Positions 59,456-64,000 of a DNA stretch of 64,000 nt are shown one piece after another (within the stretch, counting starts at the first letter, position 1; each line of letters opens with the position of its first letter). Made by a program: the position numbers and the translations under genes. The notes under the pieces were generated by a model. The model was not told the origin of the DNA. It saw only the letters and a program-made list of their open reading frames with translations, and did no database searches. The DNA is taken from assembly GCA_965220965.1 (NCBI GenBank), contig OZ244852.1:576001-640000 (forward strand). The letters are read 5' to 3'. This DNA is from Candidatus Marinacidobacterium sp. Its GTDB lineage: Bacteria > Acidobacteriota > Vicinamibacteria > Marinacidobacterales > Marinacidobacteraceae.

Positions 59456-60514
59456 CTACCGCGGCCGCTCCGCCGCCAGTCGCGCGATCCGGTCGCAGAA
59501 CTCGGGGAACCCGATCCCCACGCACGCCGCCGACTGGGGAAGCAGGCTCCTGGTCGTCATCCCGGGCAGGGTGTTCGCTTCCAGCACCGACGGCTCCCCG
59601 TCGGCGTCCAGCCGGAAATCCACCCGCGAGAAATCCCTGAGCCCCAGCGCGCGGTGGGTCCCGAGGGCCAGCTCCGCGAGACGGGTCCGGAGGGCTGCCG
59701 GGATGTCCGCCGGGAAGATCTCGTCGGCGAGCCCCGGGGTGTACTTGGCGTGGTAGTCGAAGAGGCCGCCGTGGGCGACGATTTCCCCGACTCCCAACGG
59801 CTCGAGATCGGGTCCGCCGGCGCCCACCACTCCCACGGTGAACTCCCGGCCGGGCAGCATCGCCTCGACGAGCGCCAGACTGTCGTGTCGGCGCGCCTCC
59901 GCCACCGCGGCCCGCACCTCCTCCCAGGACTTCGCCATCCGCAGGCCGACCGAGGACCCCACCTGCGACGGCTTCACGATCACGGGAAGCCCGAGCGCGT
60001 CGATCTCGCTTCGCCACGGCGTCGGGTCGTCGCGGTCGCAGACCACGAACCGGGCGGTCGGGATCCCCGCGCCCCGAAGCACCCGTTTCGCGGCCGCCTT
60101 CTCCATCGCGAGGGCGCTCGCCAGCACGCCGCTGCCGGTGTAGGGGCGGTCCCCCAGCTCGAGGAGCGCCTGGAGTCGTCCCCCCTCGCCGTCCAGACCG
60201 TGGAGAACGAGGAAGGCCACGTCCGCGGAGCGCACCGCGGCTAAGCGGAGGAGCCCGGGAACATCCTCGCGCTCCCGCAGGCGGGCGAGCTCCTCGGCCG
60301 ATGGCGGCCGGCGTCCCACCCGGAGGGCCAGGTGGTGACCCTCGCTCTCGGGGTCGAGTTCGCCCCGCACCGTGTCCACCGCGGTCACCGCGTGGCCCGC
60401 CGCCCGCAGCGCCCGCAGGACCTCGCCACCCCCGGCGAGCGCCACTTCGCGTTCGGGAGTCGTGCCCCCGGTGATCAGAACGATCCGCAGCGGACCGCCT
60501 CGGTCGACGCTCAC
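59456..60514 (-). CDS. ddl: D-alanine--D-alanine ligase
   Basis: GGTTPEREV, LHGLDGEGG, PYTGSG, VKPSQVGSSVG, GREFTVGV, FDYHAKY, RVDF, EANTLPGMT..SLLP. Confidence 0.94.
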   Translation of the reverse strand: MSVDRGGPLRIVLITGGTTPEREVALAGGGEVLRALRAAGHAVTAVDTVRGELDPESEGHHLALRVGRRPPSAEELARLREREDVPGLLRLAAVRSADVAFLVLHGLDGEGGRLQALLELGDRPYTGSGVLASALAMEKAAAKRVLRGAGIPTARFVVCDRDDPTPWRSEIDALGLPVIVKPSQVGSSVGLRMAKSWEEVRAAVAEARRHDSLALVEAMLPGREFTVGVVGAGGPDLEPLGVGEIVAHGGLFDYHAKYTPGLADEIFPADIPAALRTRLAELALGTHRALGLRDFSRVDFRLDADGEPSVLEANTLPGMTTRSLLPQSAACVGIGFPEFCDRIARLAAERPR

Positions 60515-61965
60515 AGCCGGAGAGCCAGCCGCACCGCTTCCGGCAGAGGTCGGGGAGCGGAGCGCAGGGTGAGGAGGACCAGCGTGGCGGCCCCGACGCC
60601 GAGCGCCACCGCGGCGGTCGGGGCGCCGAAGCCCGGTCGGGCGGCCTCGAGCAGAACGAGCGCGGCGAGCCCCGCAATCATCGAGGCGGTGGCCGCCCGC
60701 GCCGGAACCCGGCGCCAGGCGAGCCCCAGCATCATCGTCGGCGCCAGCCCGGCGGCGAACACCCCGAATCCGAGCGTTCCGAGCCAGACGATGAGCCCTC
60801 CCCCGGCGAGGTGCCAGGCGGCGACTCCGGCGGCCAGGATGCCGACGAGCGCCGAAGCCCCGCGCGCCGACCGCAGACCGCCCGTGTCCCCGTCGGCGCC
60901 ACGGCCCAGCGCCGCGGGAAGGTCGCGGACCAGAGCGGCCGCCCCGAGGTTCAGGAAGGCGTCGCTGGTCGAGAGGATCGCGGCGAGCACCGCCGCGCTC
61001 AGCAGGCCGGCCAGAATCGCCGGCGCCTCGGGGAGCGACATGACGGCGAGGGCGGCGTCGTCCGGGTGGGAGAGGGCGGGGAGCCTCCCGCTCGCGGAGT
61101 GGGCCAGCGCCGCGGCGCCGAGGCCGATCCAGACGAGCAGGCTCAGGCTCTGGGCGCCGCCGATGACCGCGGGCAGGGCCCGAAGCGACGCAGGGCTCCT
61201 CAGCATCAGGAACTTGTGGAGCATATGGGGCTGGCCCAGCACCCCGACGGAGAACAGCAGCAGGAACCCGAGTCCGGTCCCGGGGTCCAGCACGCCGAAC
61301 GGCTCGAGCCGCCGGAGCGCGGCCTCGCCGCCTCCCGCTACGGCGGTCACCAGGCCGTCGGGGCCCGAGACGCTGGAGAGGGCCCACCAGAAGGCGGCGA
61401 CCGCGGCGCCCGCCATGACGACGCCCTGGAGCACATCGGTGTCCACCGAGGCCACCATGCCCCCGCCGAGGGAATAGGCGAGGAGAACGAGGAGTCCGAG
61501 GAGGAGTCCCGCGGCGAGGCCGAGGCCGGGGAATGCGACCTGGGCCGCGCGCGCCAGGGCGGAGAGCTGGACGCCCAGATATATCACGCTTCCGAAGAGG
61601 ATGACCGCGGCGGCTACGGCGGCGGGCGCCCTTCCGCCGAAGCGGAACCCGACCGCCTGCGGAAGCGTCTCGGCGCCGCTGGCCTCGGCGATCAGCAGGA
61701 GCCGCCGTCCCACGGTGCGGCACAGCAGCGCCGCGGTGAATCCCGCGGGAACCACGATAAGGAGCGAACCGAAGCCGATCTCGGCGGTCCATCCCGGCCC
61801 ACCGAGGAACACGAACCCGCTGAAGGCGGAGGCGGCCACCGCGAGACCGGCGCGGAACGGGCCCAGCCGCCGGCCGGCGACGAAGAAGTCGGACTCGTTG
61901 CGGGTGCGGCGCATGGCCAGCAGGCCGACCGCGAGGGTCGCCAGCAGGAGCAGCGCTGGAATCAT
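60511..61965 (-). CDS. Sodium:solute symporter (PutP-like)
   Basis: DFFVAGRRLG, ASAFSGFVFLGGPG, GGMVASVDTDVLQG, GQPH, AAILSTSD; many TM helices. Confidence 0.9.
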   Translation of the reverse strand: MIPALLLLATLAVGLLAMRRTRNESDFFVAGRRLGPFRAGLAVAASAFSGFVFLGGPGWTAEIGFGSLLIVVPAGFTAALLCRTVGRRLLLIAEASGAETLPQAVGFRFGGRAPAAVAAAVILFGSVIYLGVQLSALARAAQVAFPGLGLAAGLLLGLLVLLAYSLGGGMVASVDTDVLQGVVMAGAAVAAFWWALSSVSGPDGLVTAVAGGGEAALRRLEPFGVLDPGTGLGFLLLFSVGVLGQPHMLHKFLMLRSPASLRALPAVIGGAQSLSLLVWIGLGAAALAHSASGRLPALSHPDDAALAVMSLPEAPAILAGLLSAAVLAAILSTSDAFLNLGAAALVRDLPAALGRGADGDTGGLRSARGASALVGILAAGVAAWHLAGGGLIVWLGTLGFGVFAAGLAPTMMLGLAWRRVPARAATASMIAGLAALVLLEAARPGFGAPTAAVALGVGAATLVLLTLRSAPRPLPEAVRLALRL

Positions 61966-62414
61966 CGGGAGATCCCCGTCTCGGCGTCGCCCGCCCGCCC
62001 GGAACCCCTTGCGGGAGGCGCCGCCGCTTCGCGGAGCCGTCGCAGATCCTCGTTCGACGGGGGTTCGAAGGCGGCGGCGAACCCGACGGTCGTCAGCAGC
62101 AGCGGAACGAGGAAGACGCCGCTCAGCAGGGCCCAGAGCGCGCGCGGCAGTCCGAACGGTCCGTCCCCGCTGAGGAGCGCGGCGCCAGCCACGCCCAGAA
62201 CGAGGGAGGCGGCGAGGCCGGTCGTCGTCCACCGGTCCCATCTCGCGCCCCGGGCGCTCCGGTTCGCCCCAACCGCCGAACCCGTGGACCACACCGCCAG
62301 GATCGCGAGCGCCACGGCGCCGGCGACAAGTCCGGCGCCGGCGCTCCCCCCTGCGGGCGCCGCCACCGCGGCGGCGGCCGCAGCGAGCGCAAACCCGGCG
62401 ATCGCCGGCTTCAC
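61962..62414 (-). CDS. Small membrane protein, probable accessory partner of the SSS transporter
   Basis: About 4 hydrophobic segments, GPFGLP...FLVPLLLTTVGFAAAFE...EDLRRLRE; stop overlaps the symporter ATG (ATGA); start uncertain. Confidence 0.6.
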   Translation of the reverse strand: MKPAIAGFALAAAAAAVAAPAGGSAGAGLVAGAVALAILAVWSTGSAVGANRSARGARWDRWTTTGLAASLVLGVAGAALLSGDGPFGLPRALWALLSGVFLVPLLLTTVGFAAAFEPPSNEDLRRLREAAAPPARGSGRAGDAETGISR

Positions 62415-62494
62415 CGAGCGCCGGATCGGCGCGGCGCCTGAGGGGCGCTCCGTGGACCGGTGGCTAACATTCCACATCCTTGAGAAGGGGATTC

Positions 62495-63319
62495 ATGGTA
62501 GTGCGCAGCTTCCTCTCGTTGGCGTTCGTCCTTGCCGTTCTGGCGGCCTGCGCGGCGCCGCCTCCCGAGCCGGCCGCGCCCGCCCCGGCGCCGGACACGG
62601 TCGCCGGCTGGCGCATCGTGGACCTGAGCCATCCCTACGGCGAGGGCACGCTCTACTGGCCCACCGACACCCGGGGCTTCGAACTGAACACGCTCGCCGA
62701 GGGAGAGACCGACGCCGGCTTCTTCTACGCGGCGAAGGAGTACGCCTCGGCGGAGCACGGCGGAACGCATATCGACGCCCCCTACCACTTCGCCGAGGGA
62801 CAGGCGGATGTGGCGAGCGTTCCCCTTTCGCGCCTCATCGTTCCCGGCGTCGTCGTGGATGTGGCCGCGAGCGCGGACGCCGACCCCGACTACCGGGTCA
62901 CCGCGGCGGACATCGAGGCCTGGGAGGCCCGGAACGGGCGAATCCCCGACGGCGCCGGCGTCCTGTTTCGCACCGGCTGGCCGGCTCGCTGGCCCGATGC
63001 GCTGGCCTATCTGGGCGATGACACCCCCGGCGACGCCTCCGGGCTCCACTTCCCGGGGGTCTCCGCCGACGCCATGCGCCTGCTCGTGGACCGGAACCCC
63101 GGAATCGTCGGGATCGACACCGCGAGCATCGATCACGGCCCCTCGCAGGACTTCATCGCCCACCAGATCGGGGCCGCCGCCGGGATCCCGAACCTGGAGA
63201 ACCTCGGTGATCTCTCGGACCTGCCGGAGACCGGATTCCTGCTGGTCGCGCTTCCGATGAAGATCGAGGGCGGCACTGGCGCCCCGGTCCGCGCGGTGGC
63301 GCTCATTCCGCCCGGCTGA
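62495..63319 (+). CDS. Cyclase-family metal hydrolase (kynurenine formamidase-like) with lipoprotein signal
   Basis: LAAC lipobox; VDLSH, EHGGTHIDAPYH, LFRTGW, HFPG, GIDTASID, LENL, LPMKIEGGTGAPVRAVA. Confidence 0.9.
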   Translation: MVVRSFLSLAFVLAVLAACAAPPPEPAAPAPAPDTVAGWRIVDLSHPYGEGTLYWPTDTRGFELNTLAEGETDAGFFYAAKEYASAEHGGTHIDAPYHFAEGQADVASVPLSRLIVPGVVVDVAASADADPDYRVTAADIEAWEARNGRIPDGAGVLFRTGWPARWPDALAYLGDDTPGDASGLHFPGVSADAMRLLVDRNPGIVGIDTASIDHGPSQDFIAHQIGAAAGIPNLENLGDLSDLPETGFLLVALPMKIEGGTGAPVRAVALIPPG

Positions 63320-63390
63320 TCCGGGCGGGAACGGGAACCCTCGCCTGATCGTCGACGCCCGCTTCGGTGGGCGCTGATCCGCGACCGCCG

Positions 63391-64000
63391 ATGACCGAAG
63401 AGCCCGCGAAACCCCATCCGCTGGCGCGGTTCGCCGCGCTCGTCGTCGAGGCGCTTCGGGGGTCCGACCGGGATCTGACCTCGGGGCCGCTCGGCCCCGC
63501 CGTGCTCGTCCTGGCGGTGCCGATGGTCATCGAGATGATCGGCGAGTCCATCTTCGCGGTGGTGGACGCCCTCTTCGTTTCCCGACTGGGGGCGGCGGCG
63601 CTGGCTTCGGTGGGCCTCACCGAGACCGCGCTCAACTTCGTCTTCGCGATCGCGATCGGTTTCTCGTTCGCGGTGACCGCCGTCGTCGCGCGCCGCTATG
63701 GCGAGGGCGACCGGCGGGGCGCCGCGCGCGCCGGGGTTCAGGCGATCGGGCTGGGCATCGGGTTCTCGCTGGTCATGGCGGTGATCGGGGTCTGGTTCGC
63801 CCCCGACATCCTCCGCGTCCTGGGAGCGGACGCCGAAGTCGTGGCGACCGGGACGACCCACGCCCGGATCATGTACGCGGGGATGGCGACGATCATCCTC
63901 CTGTTCCTGAACAACGCGATCCTGCGCGGCGCCGGCGACGCGCAGGCCGCGATGCGGGCGCTGTGGATCTCGAACGCGATCAACATCGTCCTCGACCCGT
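63391..64000 (+). CDS. MATE-family efflux transporter (5' part; runs off the window edge)
   Basis: Read by hand: DLTSGPLG..VLVLAVPMVIEM...FAVVDALFVSRLG..ALASVGLTE...VARRYGEG...ILRGAGDA...NAINIVLDP. Confidence 0.92.
   Translation, partial: MTEEPAKPHPLARFAALVVEALRGSDRDLTSGPLGPAVLVLAVPMVIEMIGESIFAVVDALFVSRLGAAALASVGLTETALNFVFAIAIGFSFAVTAVVARRYGEGDRRGAARAGVQAIGLGIGFSLVMAVIGVWFAPDILRVLGADAEVVATGTTHARIMYAGMATIILLFLNNAILRGAGDAQAAMRALWISNAINIVLDP

Noticed and set aside
59456-60514. Possible vancomycin-resistance D-Ala-D-Lac ligase
   Set aside because: The omega loop reads FDYHAKY with the Tyr typical of D-Ala-D-Ala ligases; no vanH or vanX nearby

Overview
Very GC-rich (roughly 70% by eye), gene-dense bacterial chromosome segment made up mostly of core genes. 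Gene content and order (fused E1 alpha-beta dehydrogenase, icd-mdh-sucCD-ndk, phoH-7TM/HD-ybeY-corC-era, PEGA/NHL/TPR envelope proteins, TPR-secretin) suggest Acidobacteriota or a similar diderm lineage; this is inference only. In order: ilvD (partial), panE, an orphan higA, a sulfurtransferase, an Ig/LVIVD protein, a VWA protein, acyl-CoA and 2-oxoacid dehydrogenases, ferredoxin/ispH, uvrB, the TCA-ndk-dcd-dUTPase operon, an XRE islet, tonB, aspS, the phoH-era operon, rpsP-rimM-trmD-rplS, a TPR-NHL / PEGA-PDZ / FHA / LD-carboxypeptidase / mpl envelope cluster, secretin, lolA, tRNA-Ala(CGC), an aromatic-biosynthesis super-operon, ddl, an SSS transporter, a cyclase-family hydrolase and a MATE transporter (partial). 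I saw no CRISPR array, transposase or integrase. Main highlights: (1) a shikimate operon whose order aroB-aroA-[aroK::aroD::aroE fusion] reproduces the domain order of the eukaryotic pentafunctional AROM protein, with 4-nt overlaps at the two unfused junctions; (2) an uncharacterised TPR-NHL + PEGA-PDZ + membrane FHA module coupled to peptidoglycan-recycling genes; (3) a 24-bp bidirectional, apparently leaderless promoter shared by a ferredoxin and ispH; (4) an XRE regulator that appears to have lost its HEXXH peptidase domain. Start codons were chosen by eye and some are approximate.
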